A DNA stretch of 63,958 nucleotides, counting the filler. It is 4 parts of 4 records of this genome, joined end to end, with 100 filler letters (N's around TTAATTAATTAA, not from the genome) between each part and the next. Parts side by side here need not be neighbours in the genome. Positions count along the whole stretch, not along the records: positions 43,905 to 63,958 come from SRR22947725_5393; 3 more parts are not named here. One strand, written 5' to 3'. The notes below the pieces were generated by a model that saw only the letters and a program-made list of their open reading frames with translations, did no database searches and was not told the DNA's origin. Below are positions 50,103-58,884 of the stretch, one piece after another. The translations under genes were made by a program, and so were the position numbers. Positions within the stretch are counted from its first letter, which is position 1, and the number at the start of each line of letters is the position of its first letter.

Positions 50103-52931
50103 ATGGGTAAGTCATTGATCATCGCAGAAAAGCCGTCCGTCGCTCAGGATATCAGCCGTGCCTTGGGCGGTTTTGATAAAAAGAATGACTACTTCGAGAG
50201 TGACCAGTATGTGGTTGCCTCGGCTGTAGGTCATTTATTGGAACTCACCGTTCCTCCCGAGACTGAAGTCAAACGAGGTAAATGGACCTTCGCCCAGTTG
50301 CCCGTTATCCCGGACCACTTCGCACTCAAACCGATCAGCAAAACTGAATCGAGACTCAAGCTACTCAAGCGCCTCATCAAGCGGAAAGATGTGGAAGAAG
50401 TGATTAATGGCTGTGATGCAGGTCGCGAGGGAGAATTGATCTTTCGCCACATTATCTCGGAATCCAAAACCAAAAAAACTATCAGACGCCTGTGGCTTCA
50501 ATCCATGACCAAGCAGGCAATCCGTGATGGATTTCAAAAATTGAGATCGGATGAAGCAATGCTTCCATTGGCATGCGCGGCTGTTTGCCGCTCGGAATCC
50601 GACTGGCTGGTGGGTATCAACGGCACACGAGCAATGACCGCTTTCAACTCGAAATCGGGCGGCTTCTTCCTGACCACCGTCGGGCGAGTCCAAACACCAA
50701 CACTCACGATTCTAGTGGATCGCGAACAGAAGATTAAGAAGTTCGTTGAACGAAACTATTGGGAATTGCATGCCAATTTCCAGGCCAAAGCCGGACATTA
50801 TGAAGGCCGCTGGTTTGACGAAGGCTTCAGAAAGAAAGACAAAGAAAGTGATCCAGACCTGAGACCAGAGCGCATTTGGTCCAAAGAGCTTGCTGAGGAA
50901 ATTCAGAAAAAATGTCTGAATCAGTCGGGAACCGTTACTGAAGAGAAAAGGCCCAGCAAACAGCTTTCCCCCTTGCTATACGATTTAACCAGCTTGCAGA
51001 GAGAAGCCAATTCTCGATTCGGATTACCAGCTGGACGTACGCTGCAATTGGCTCAGGCTTTGTACGAACGCCATAAAATGCTGACCTATCCAAGGACAGA
51101 TTCGCGCGCCCTTCCGGAAGATTATCTGGGAACGGTAAAGGAAACATTGAAGGCATTTACCGGTTCCAGTTACGAGAGCTCAGCCTCAAAGATTGAGAGA
51201 AACAGCTGGGTCAAACCCAACAAGCGCATTTTCAATAATGCCAAGATATCAGATCACTTTGCCATCATCCCTACTTCGCTGGGCCCCAAGAAGAAGCTGA
51301 ACGATGACGAGCAAAAGATTTATGATATGGTGGTCCGCCGCTTTCTTGCTGTCTTTTTCCCTCCCGCAGAATATCAAATCACAACGCGCATCACCCGAGT
51401 GATGGAGGAGGCCTTTAAAACGGATGGGAAAATATTGATCAATCCAGGTTGGCTTGAAGTGTATGGCAAAGCCCTGCCAACCGGTGAGGCTGATCACCTG
51501 ACTCCAGTTGAAAACGGCGAAACTGTTGCCACACAGGAGCTCGATCTGAGAGAAAATCAAACAAAGCCCTCTCCCCGCTATTCAGAAGCCACTTTGCTTT
51601 CCGCCATGGAAGGTGCAGGCAAACTTGTGGATGATGAGGAGCTCAGGGAAGCCATGGGGGCAAAAGGCCTTGGGACTCCGGCAACGCGTGCGTCCATCAT
51701 TGAGAATTTAATCCGCGAAAAATATGTGATTCGCAATCAGCGGGAATTACAACCAACCGCCAAGGCATTCAGCCTGATTACTCTTTTGCGCGGATTACAA
51801 ATCCCAGAGCTTTGTTCTCCAGAACTCACAGGTGATTGGGAACATAAACTAAAACTCATGGAACAAGGGCAACTGGATCGAGATTCTTTCATGTCTGAAA
51901 TCCAGGAAATGACCCGTAAAATTGTTGAGCAAGCCAAATCATTTGACAGTGATACTGTGCCTGGTGACTTCGGTGTGCTGAGCACTCCTTGTCCTAAATG
52001 TGAAGGCAAAGTCAAGGAGACCTACAAAACCTACCAATGTTCGGCGTGTGATTTTTCAGTCTGGAAGATATTGTCAGGACGTCAATTTGAACCTGAGGAG
52101 ATGGAAACCATCTTGACCAAAGGCACGGTGGGTCCGCTTCAGGGTTTCCGCAGTAAACAAGGCTGGCCTTTCGCTGCCATCATCAAACTGGGTGAGGAAC
52201 ACAAACTGGAGTTTGATTTTGGAGACAAAGACAAGGACAAAGAGAACGATGAAGAAGAAGTCGATTTTTCAGAAAAAGAATCTTTAGGTGCCTGTCCAAA
52301 ATGCAAAGCGAATGTCTATGGACATGGCATGCATTATGTCTGTGAAAAGTCGAAGGGCCCCGACAAAAACTGCGACTTCAAAACCGGTAAAATCATACTG
52401 CAAAGAGAAATTGAACCGTCACAAGTTCGAAAGTTGCTCGAAAACGGTAAAACCGAACTTATCAACAAATTCATCTCGAACAGAACCGGACGTGCTTTCA
52501 ATGCCTTTCTGGCGATCAAGGATGGGGGTGTTTCCTTTGAATTTGAACCCAGAAAGAGTAAGAAAAAATCCGCCAAAAAATCAGAAGAGCCTGCCAAAAA
52601 AATCAGTTTTGAAGGACAAAGCCCCTTGGGCAAGTGCCCTCGCTGTGAAGGAAATGTTTTTGCGAGTGAATCTGACTACCTTTGCGAGCATTCCCAACGA
52701 GACACCAAGCCGTGTAAATTCAAGTCGGGCAAGGTGGTGCTGCAACAAGCTGTTGAGGAGGATCAAATCAAAAAGCTTCTCGACTCAGGTCGCACCGACT
52801 TCTTGAAGGGGTTCGTCTCAAAACGAGGCTTCCCATTTGAGGCTGCTCTTGTGGTTGAAGACAAAGGTAAAGTAGGTTTTGAATTTGCGCCCCGCGAGGA
52901 AGGTGCAAGCGATTCAGATTCAGAGTCCTGA
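50103..52931 (+). CDS. topB: DNA topoisomerase III with C-terminal Toprim_Crpt-like repeats
   Basis: LIIAEKPSVA, CDAGREGELIF, VGRVQTPTL, LTYPRTD, GLGTPATRA; three C-terminal repeats, e.g. LG.CP.C...CDF...K.IL...LL..G.T...F.S..G..F.A. Confidence 0.93.
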   Translation: MGKSLIIAEKPSVAQDISRALGGFDKKNDYFESDQYVVASAVGHLLELTVPPETEVKRGKWTFAQLPVIPDHFALKPISKTESRLKLLKRLIKRKDVEEVINGCDAGREGELIFRHIISESKTKKTIRRLWLQSMTKQAIRDGFQKLRSDEAMLPLACAAVCRSESDWLVGINGTRAMTAFNSKSGGFFLTTVGRVQTPTLTILVDREQKIKKFVERNYWELHANFQAKAGHYEGRWFDEGFRKKDKESDPDLRPERIWSKELAEEIQKKCLNQSGTVTEEKRPSKQLSPLLYDLTSLQREANSRFGLPAGRTLQLAQALYERHKMLTYPRTDSRALPEDYLGTVKETLKAFTGSSYESSASKIERNSWVKPNKRIFNNAKISDHFAIIPTSLGPKKKLNDDEQKIYDMVVRRFLAVFFPPAEYQITTRITRVMEEAFKTDGKILINPGWLEVYGKALPTGEADHLTPVENGETVATQELDLRENQTKPSPRYSEATLLSAMEGAGKLVDDEELREAMGAKGLGTPATRASIIENLIREKYVIRNQRELQPTAKAFSLITLLRGLQIPELCSPELTGDWEHKLKLMEQGQLDRDSFMSEIQEMTRKIVEQAKSFDSDTVPGDFGVLSTPCPKCEGKVKETYKTYQCSACDFSVWKILSGRQFEPEEMETILTKGTVGPLQGFRSKQGWPFAAIIKLGEEHKLEFDFGDKDKDKENDEEEVDFSEKESLGACPKCKANVYGHGMHYVCEKSKGPDKNCDFKTGKIILQREIEPSQVRKLLENGKTELINKFISNRTGRAFNAFLAIKDGGVSFEFEPRKSKKKSAKKSEEPAKKISFEGQSPLGKCPRCEGNVFASESDYLCEHSQRDTKPCKFKSGKVVLQQAVEEDQIKKLLDSGRTDFLKGFVSKRGFPFEAALVVEDKGKVGFEFAPREEGASDSDSES

Positions 52932-52942
52932 CCCAACGTATT

Positions 52943-53902
52943 ATGGGCGCCACTGATTCCAATTGCGCCGTTCATGATCCGCTCATTGATGCCTTCATGG
53001 AAGAATTGAAGGGTGCACGTGCTGCTTCGGACCACACTTGCCGAAATTACGCACAGACACTTAATGAATTTGTTGTGTGGCACCAGAAAACCCTGAGATC
53101 AGCACCTGACTGGAAGGCGCTTGACCGTGATTCGTTTCGTGCATATTTGAGATTTCTCGGCAGAAAAGAATACAGTCGATCCTCGACCCAGATTCGATTC
53201 AGCGCCTTGAGGACTTTTTATAAATTCCTCATCCGCAAAGGCAGGGTAGAAGAATCTCCTATTCGAAATATCCTGCTGCCCAAAAAAGAAAAACGACTAC
53301 CTCAATTCCTGACACCCGAGCAAATCCATGCACTGCTGGAAGCTCCAGCCAAGGCCTGGGAAAAAAAAAGGAGCAATCGAAAAACAAGAACTTCGCCGGA
53401 AACGTTTCTGAGGGATTCCGCAGTGCTTGAAACATTCTATTCGTGCGGGCTGCGGATCAGTGAACTTTGCGGGCTCAAGGTAAGTGATCTTTTTTGGGAG
53501 GATCAGCTCATACTTGTCGAGGGTAAGGGAAAGAAGGAAAGGATGACTCCCATTGGAGCACCTGCCCTGGATTCAATTCGTCTCTACTGGGATAGAATCG
53601 GCCACCCACAAAAAGCTGAACAGCCGGTATTTTATTCAAAACTCGCCAACGGAAAGGCGCTCTACCCAAGGCTAATCCAAAGTAGGCTGAAACTTTATCT
53701 ACTCTATGCTGGGCTGGATCCAAACCTTACGCCTCACAAATTACGGCACAGCTTCGCCACCCACATGCTCAATGCGGGAGCCGACTTGAGGAGTGTCCAG
53801 GAGCTTCTCGGGCATGCACACTTGGTCACCACGCAAATTTACACTCACCTGACGACTGATCGATTGAAACGTGTCTATGACCAAGCTCACCCCAGAGCAT
53901 AA
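52943..53902 (+). CDS. xerC: Tyrosine recombinase XerC-like
   Basis: YSCGLRISEL, GKGKKER, TPHKLRHSFATHML.AGADLRSVQELLGH..L.TTQIYTH, AHPRA C-terminus. Confidence 0.85.
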   Translation: MGATDSNCAVHDPLIDAFMEELKGARAASDHTCRNYAQTLNEFVVWHQKTLRSAPDWKALDRDSFRAYLRFLGRKEYSRSSTQIRFSALRTFYKFLIRKGRVEESPIRNILLPKKEKRLPQFLTPEQIHALLEAPAKAWEKKRSNRKTRTSPETFLRDSAVLETFYSCGLRISELCGLKVSDLFWEDQLILVEGKGKKERMTPIGAPALDSIRLYWDRIGHPQKAEQPVFYSKLANGKALYPRLIQSRLKLYLLYAGLDPNLTPHKLRHSFATHMLNAGADLRSVQELLGHAHLVTTQIYTHLTTDRLKRVYDQAHPRA

Positions 53903-53935
53903 AGCATTTGCAAACCAGAAGGCTTCTACGCATGC

Positions 53936-55003
53936 TTGTCCCAGTCATTGAACGATTCATCCATGCATTCCGAACACACGCCATCCAAGAAAAAAAACGT
54001 CACAAAAAAGCGATTTGAATCGAATGTTCTTATCGTTGCAGACACGCGGGTTAATCATTGGGCTCCAGACGTAAGCGATGCGTTCGAGCGCCACGGAGCT
54101 GCATGTCACATTGCTGCACTTGAACCTGAACGACTGGAAGAACGATGGTTTGAGTATCGGCATGGATACATGAATCTTGACCCGGACGAGCCCGCGATCC
54201 AGCGTATCCGAGATCAAGTCAACAAGGCCGCTCCACGGCTTATCCTGTTCCTTGACCCCTTTGGAATGACATCCGCATTCTTCAAAGCCATTCAGAGGGA
54301 TCTCAAGAAAAAAGCTACACTGGCAGCGTGGTTCAGTGACTGCAGACGAACTTCCTGGAAGGGCATCCAATGTTTTGACCATGTTTTTTATTCCGACTCC
54401 TCCATGCAGGAATCGCTGCAGAAAGTAAGACACGATGAGGATGGAAAGATGAAATATTTACCTCTTGCGGTTAATGAGAGGCGGTTTGCCCCTTCAGGCG
54501 TGGATTCAAGGGAAAATAAAATCATCTTTGCGGGAAGCGTTACCGAGTCACGATTAAAAACCCTCAATCGACTACGCCTCAGAGGAGTGCCTGTTATCTG
54601 GGAAGGCCCAAAAACCACGAATTGGTGGACGAAGTTAAAAAGCAAAAACTTGGATTCAAACACCCTGAATCGACTTTATCAGGAATATGCGGTCGTACTG
54701 GATCTACCACGAAGGCCCAAGAATCTGAACGGACTGAACTTCAGGGTATTTGAAGTAGCAGCCTGCCAGAACCTGATGCTCACGAAATGGGTCCCTGATC
54801 TTGAACTCCAATTCGATCCATACGAAGAGCTCGTCGTATATCGGGATTGGGATGAGGTGCCACTGGTTTATCGATCCCTCAAGTATGACCCATACCGCGC
54901 CGAAGAGATCGCCATGAAGGCGCGCAAGCGCGTTCTTGGGCATCACACCTACAGCCACCGTGTCCAAACGATGATTGAAGCCCTTGGACAAAAAGCTTGT
55001 TAG
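53936..55003 (+). CDS. CgeB-family glycosyltransferase (start may be ATG 53963)
   Basis: YLPLAV...F.P, I.FAGS....R, NFRVFEVAAC...LT, A..AR.RVL..HTY.HR. Confidence 0.8.
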   Translation: MSQSLNDSSMHSEHTPSKKKNVTKKRFESNVLIVADTRVNHWAPDVSDAFERHGAACHIAALEPERLEERWFEYRHGYMNLDPDEPAIQRIRDQVNKAAPRLILFLDPFGMTSAFFKAIQRDLKKKATLAAWFSDCRRTSWKGIQCFDHVFYSDSSMQESLQKVRHDEDGKMKYLPLAVNERRFAPSGVDSRENKIIFAGSVTESRLKTLNRLRLRGVPVIWEGPKTTNWWTKLKSKNLDSNTLNRLYQEYAVVLDLPRRPKNLNGLNFRVFEVAACQNLMLTKWVPDLELQFDPYEELVVYRDWDEVPLVYRSLKYDPYRAEEIAMKARKRVLGHHTYSHRVQTMIEALGQKAC

Positions 55004-55046
55004 GAAACAATCCAGGAATATAATTCGAAGGAGATTACCCTTAGCT

Positions 55047-55892
55047 ATGAGATTTGGAATTAATACCTTTCTGTTCACATCCCCCTTCACCACGCGGAGC
55101 ACTGGCCTCCTGCCCAAGTTCAAAAAATGGGGTTTTGATACGATAGAAATCCCGGTGGAGGATCCGTCGCACATTAATCCTGAGAGGGTGAAAGCCGCAC
55201 TGGACCGCAACGATCTTGTTTGTGGATCGGTATGTGCCTGTATGTCACCTGACCGCGATTTGCGAGGAACAGCCCAGCAACAGAAAACAGGGCTTGCCTA
55301 CATGAAGGCTCTCATAGATCAGATGGTCATTCTAGACTGCCCATCGTTGATTGGCCCGGTCTATTCTGCTGTCGGCCGCGCCGACGCAGTTCCCGCCAAG
55401 GAATATGCCGCCCAGTGGAAAACGGTGGTCAAGAACCTCAAAACCCTGAGTAAATACGCAGAGGATCGAGGCCGCACCATCTGTCTCGAACCTTTGAATC
55501 GTTTCGAAACAGATTTTATCAATACCTGTGATCAAGGTCTGAAAATGATCAAGGATGTGGATAGCAAGGCGCTGAAATTGCACCTTGACACATTCCACAT
55601 GAACATCGAAGAGAAGAATCAAGCAAAAGCCATCAAGAAGGCCGGCAAACTACTGGGACATTTCCATGCCTGCGGAAGTGACCGTGGAACCCCGGGCAAC
55701 GACCACATCGACTGGAAACCGATTGTTGCTGCTCTGAAATCCATCAGATACAAGGGTGACGTGGTGATCGAATCCTTCACCACAGACGTCAAGGTTATCG
55801 CAAAGGCGGCTGCTATCTGGCGTCGCATGGAACCCACTCGGGATGAGATTGCAGTGAAAGGTCTCAAGTTCCTGAAGAAAAACATCAAGTAA
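55047..55892 (+). CDS. Sugar isomerase/epimerase TIM barrel (D-psicose/D-tagatose 3-epimerase family)
   Basis: LEPLNRFE, LHLDTFHMNIEE, HFHA..SDRG.PG, VIESF metal/catalytic motifs. Start set at ATG 55047. Confidence 0.88.
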   Translation: MRFGINTFLFTSPFTTRSTGLLPKFKKWGFDTIEIPVEDPSHINPERVKAALDRNDLVCGSVCACMSPDRDLRGTAQQQKTGLAYMKALIDQMVILDCPSLIGPVYSAVGRADAVPAKEYAAQWKTVVKNLKTLSKYAEDRGRTICLEPLNRFETDFINTCDQGLKMIKDVDSKALKLHLDTFHMNIEEKNQAKAIKKAGKLLGHFHACGSDRGTPGNDHIDWKPIVAALKSIRYKGDVVIESFTTDVKVIAKAAAIWRRMEPTRDEIAVKGLKFLKKNIK

Positions 55893-55919
55893 CTTAAAGA
55901 GCATCCAATAACAAAAACC

Positions 55920-55944
55920 GGCCGGATTTTCCGGCCTTATTTTT
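55920..55944 (+). terminator. GC-rich hairpin (terminator or mRNA-stabilising stem)
   Basis: GGCCGGA-TTT-TCCGGCC followed by TTATTTTT. Confidence 0.55.
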
Positions 55945-55950
55945 ACCATT

Positions 55951-56958
55951 ATGAAACAATTCATGCGATCCATTCTGGCAACGGCCCTGTGCGCGGGTTT
56001 AACCTGGCAAGCAAGTGCCGCAGACAACGAGGGTTTTACTTCGCTCTTCAACGGTAAAAACCTGGACGGCTGGGATGGAAACCCTAAATTCTGGTCTGTT
56101 CGCGATGGTGCGATTACAGGTCAGACCACCAAGGAAAACCCAACCAAAGGCAATACCTTCATTATCTGGCGTGACGGTAAGGTGGATGATTTTGAATTGC
56201 GCTTGCAGTATAAAATCATCAATGGCAATTCAGGCATTCAGTATCGGAGCAAGGAACTGGGTAATTGGGTTGTTGGAGGTTATCAGGGAGATTTCGAAGC
56301 AGGCAAAACCTACTCAGGCATCTTGTATGAAGAGAGAGGTCGAGGCATTCTGGCACAACGGGGTCAGATGACCAGTATTGCACGCAATGGAGACAAACAT
56401 AAAGTGGAGGTTCTTGGCTCGTTGGGAGCATCTGAAGATATTCAATCCCAGATCAAGAATGAGGATTGGAATGATTACAAAATCATTGCTGTAGAAAATC
56501 GTTTCGTCCACGTCATCAACGGTCGCGTCACAGCTATTGTTCTCGATGAGGATAAAGAAAAGCAAGTTGACTCAGGGATCCTGGCACTACAACTGCACGC
56601 AGGTCCTCCAATGACAGTCCAGTTTCGCGACATCAAAATCAAGAAACTAAAACCCATCCAGATCGGTGGCGTGTGGAATATGGAAGTTTTCTCTGACCAG
56701 GGAGTCGGTAATCCTGTGTTTCATCTTCAACAACAGGGCAACCAACTACTGGGTCAATATGAAGGGCTACTGGGTAAAAGCCCAGTGAAAGGGACCGTAT
56801 TCGGAGATGTTGTTGAGTTTAACATATCCGGTGAATACGAAGGGCAAACCGTCACCGCTAGCTATAGAGGAAAAATGAAACCGAATGGTGCCCTTTCGGG
56901 AGAAGTCACATTGAATGATGAGATGCTTCTCAACTGGTCAGCTACACGCAAAAACTAA
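55951..56958 (+). CDS. Secreted DUF1080 (3-keto-glycoside lyase/hydrolase family) protein with extra C-terminal beta domain
   Basis: Signal peptide, LFNGKNLDGW, DFEL, GNSGIQYRS, GYQ.D, WNDY.I, G.LALQLH.G, VQFRDI.IK.L. Confidence 0.9.
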   Translation: MKQFMRSILATALCAGLTWQASAADNEGFTSLFNGKNLDGWDGNPKFWSVRDGAITGQTTKENPTKGNTFIIWRDGKVDDFELRLQYKIINGNSGIQYRSKELGNWVVGGYQGDFEAGKTYSGILYEERGRGILAQRGQMTSIARNGDKHKVEVLGSLGASEDIQSQIKNEDWNDYKIIAVENRFVHVINGRVTAIVLDEDKEKQVDSGILALQLHAGPPMTVQFRDIKIKKLKPIQIGGVWNMEVFSDQGVGNPVFHLQQQGNQLLGQYEGLLGKSPVKGTVFGDVVEFNISGEYEGQTVTASYRGKMKPNGALSGEVTLNDEMLLNWSATRKN

Positions 56959-56975
56959 GTATTCTGAATTGAATC

Positions 56976-57941
56976 ATGAAATGCAATCACTTGATAAGAC
57001 CATGCATTCTTGCCCTACTTTGGGTTTTTAGTTTAACGACAAATCTCAAGGCGGATACCAAACGCATTGTCTTGATCGCAGGCCCGCCAAGTCATGGTGT
57101 TCTTCAGCATGAACACAAAGCAGGCTGTATGCTCATAGAACGCTGCCTGCAAGGCGTCTCCGGCGTTGAAGTTGATGTTTACACAGGTGGCTGGCCTGAG
57201 GCCCCCAATGCGCTGGAGGGTGCGGATGCCGTTGTTGTCTTCTGCACGGGTGGTGGGAGCCATTTAGCCATTCAGGAAGGCAGGTTAGCACAATTACGCA
57301 AGGTGATGAGTGATGGTGCAGGATTTGGGTGTCTTCATTATGGAGTCGAAGTTCCCAAGGATAAGGGAGGATCTGAGTTCCTGGAATGGATGGGCGGATA
57401 TTTTGAAACAAACTGGTCGGTCAACCCTCACTGGACTGCTGAATTCACAAGCTTTCCGGATCATCCGATTACCAACGGCGTCCAACCGTTTGCGGTCAAT
57501 GATGAGTGGTATTTCCATATGCGATTCCCAGAGAACATGAAGGGCGTTACGCCTATTCTTTCAGCTGTGGCTCCTGAAAAAACGATGGAGCGAAAAGATG
57601 GCCCACATAGTGGGAACCCCGAGGTGCGCAAGGCGGTGGCCGCAGGCCTTCCGCAGCATGTCGCCTGGGCATACGAACGCTCCAACGGTGGACGAGGCTT
57701 CGGATTCACCGGCCTTCACAACCATCTCAACTGGCGGAATCCTGATTTCAGAAAAGTGATCTTGAACGCCATGCTGTGGCTGGCAAAGGCTGAGGTTCCT
57801 GAAAATGGGATCGATTGCCCATTGAGCGACGAGCAGATACTCACGAATCTGGATCAAAAGCGTGGCAGAAACCCGCTGGAAATCCTTCGTGATGCCCGCC
57901 AAAACCAATCTTTCATCAGCCCCGTCAAAGGCGCAAAGTAA
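56976..57941 (+). CDS. Secreted ThuA-like protein (paralogue 1)
   Basis: Signal peptide, LIAG..SH....HEH.AGC, GCLHY, HPITNGV, DEWY, GRGFGFTG.H.H.NW, NA.LW.A. Confidence 0.85.
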   Translation: MKCNHLIRPCILALLWVFSLTTNLKADTKRIVLIAGPPSHGVLQHEHKAGCMLIERCLQGVSGVEVDVYTGGWPEAPNALEGADAVVVFCTGGGSHLAIQEGRLAQLRKVMSDGAGFGCLHYGVEVPKDKGGSEFLEWMGGYFETNWSVNPHWTAEFTSFPDHPITNGVQPFAVNDEWYFHMRFPENMKGVTPILSAVAPEKTMERKDGPHSGNPEVRKAVAAGLPQHVAWAYERSNGGRGFGFTGLHNHLNWRNPDFRKVILNAMLWLAKAEVPENGIDCPLSDEQILTNLDQKRGRNPLEILRDARQNQSFISPVKGAK

Positions 57942-57947
57942 GTCCCG

Positions 57948-58820
57948 ATGAAACGATTATTGACACTCTTATTCACTGTCCTTTTGTCAGCAAACCTGCT
58001 TGCACTCGAGGATAAAAAAATCGTTCTGCTGGCCGGCAGGCCCAGTCACGGCCCGGGAGACCACGAATTTAATGCAGGCTGCATGCTACTTCAGAAATGT
58101 CTTGAAAACATGCCAGGTGTCCAAGTGGAAGTTCACAAGATGGGTTGGCCGAAAGACATTTCGACCTTGGACACTGCTGACGCCATTCTGATTTACGCAG
58201 ACGGAGGGAATGGACACCCCGCTATACAGGCTGAACGCATGAAATTGATCGACCGCCTTGCAGAAAAAGGTGTGGGAATTGGATGCGCCCATTATGGGGT
58301 GGAAGTCCCAAAAGGTGACCCTGGAGAAGCCATGCATCGGTGGATCGGCGGGTATTACGAACATCAGTTCAGCGTCAATCCAATGTGGTCTCCGGATTTC
58401 CTGTCTTTCCCCAAGCACCCAGTCACTCGAGGTGTGAAACCTTTCAAAGTAAAAGATGAGTGGTATTTCAACATGCGATGGCGCTCCGATATGGGCGGGA
58501 TTACTCCTATTTTGACAGCCTCACCAGCAGATGATGTGCGTGATGGCCCATATGTCTGGCCCAAGGGACCCTACCCGCACATAAAAGAAGACAAGGGCCG
58601 CAAAGAAACCATGATGTGGGTGCGCGAGCGTCCAGATGGGGGGCGAGGCTTTGGCTTCACAGGAGGGCATCATCACGTGAATTGGGGCAACGATGATTTC
58701 CGGAAAGTGGTGCTTAATGCCTTGCTGTGGATCGCCAAGGTCGAAGTCCCTCCTCAAGGTGTTGTTTCTTTTATTTCTGAGGAAGATCTAAGCAAGGATC
58801 TGGATCCTAAAGGTAAATAA
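57948..58820 (+). CDS. Secreted ThuA-like protein (paralogue 2)
   Basis: Same motif set as the upstream gene: LLAG.PSHG.GDHE..AGC, GCAHY, HPVTRGV, DEWY, GRGFGFTGGH.H.NW. Confidence 0.85.
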   Translation: MKRLLTLLFTVLLSANLLALEDKKIVLLAGRPSHGPGDHEFNAGCMLLQKCLENMPGVQVEVHKMGWPKDISTLDTADAILIYADGGNGHPAIQAERMKLIDRLAEKGVGIGCAHYGVEVPKGDPGEAMHRWIGGYYEHQFSVNPMWSPDFLSFPKHPVTRGVKPFKVKDEWYFNMRWRSDMGGITPILTASPADDVRDGPYVWPKGPYPHIKEDKGRKETMMWVRERPDGGRGFGFTGGHHHVNWGNDDFRKVVLNALLWIAKVEVPPQGVVSFISEEDLSKDLDPKGK

Positions 58821-58850
58821 CTAGTTCCTGTTATCAGGAAAAGATTGTGA

Positions 58851-58882
58851 GGGCTCATGTCAAACGTGAGCCCCGTTCTTTT
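58851..58882 (+). terminator. Probable intrinsic terminator
   Basis: GGGCTCATGT-CAA-ACGTGAGCCC stem (one G-U pair) followed by CGTTCTTTT. Confidence 0.6.
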
Positions 58883-58884
58883 GT

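Noticed and set aside
49964..50122. N-terminal half of listed ORF 49829-50122
   Set aside because: It runs through the topB start and promoter palindromes; only the part from ATG 49963 looks like a plausible protein.
52943..53902. topB plus tyrosine recombinase as an ICE or plasmid signature
   Set aside because: No relaxase, T4SS or att sites; the recombinase has XerC/D-type C-terminal motifs and the flanks are chromosomal.
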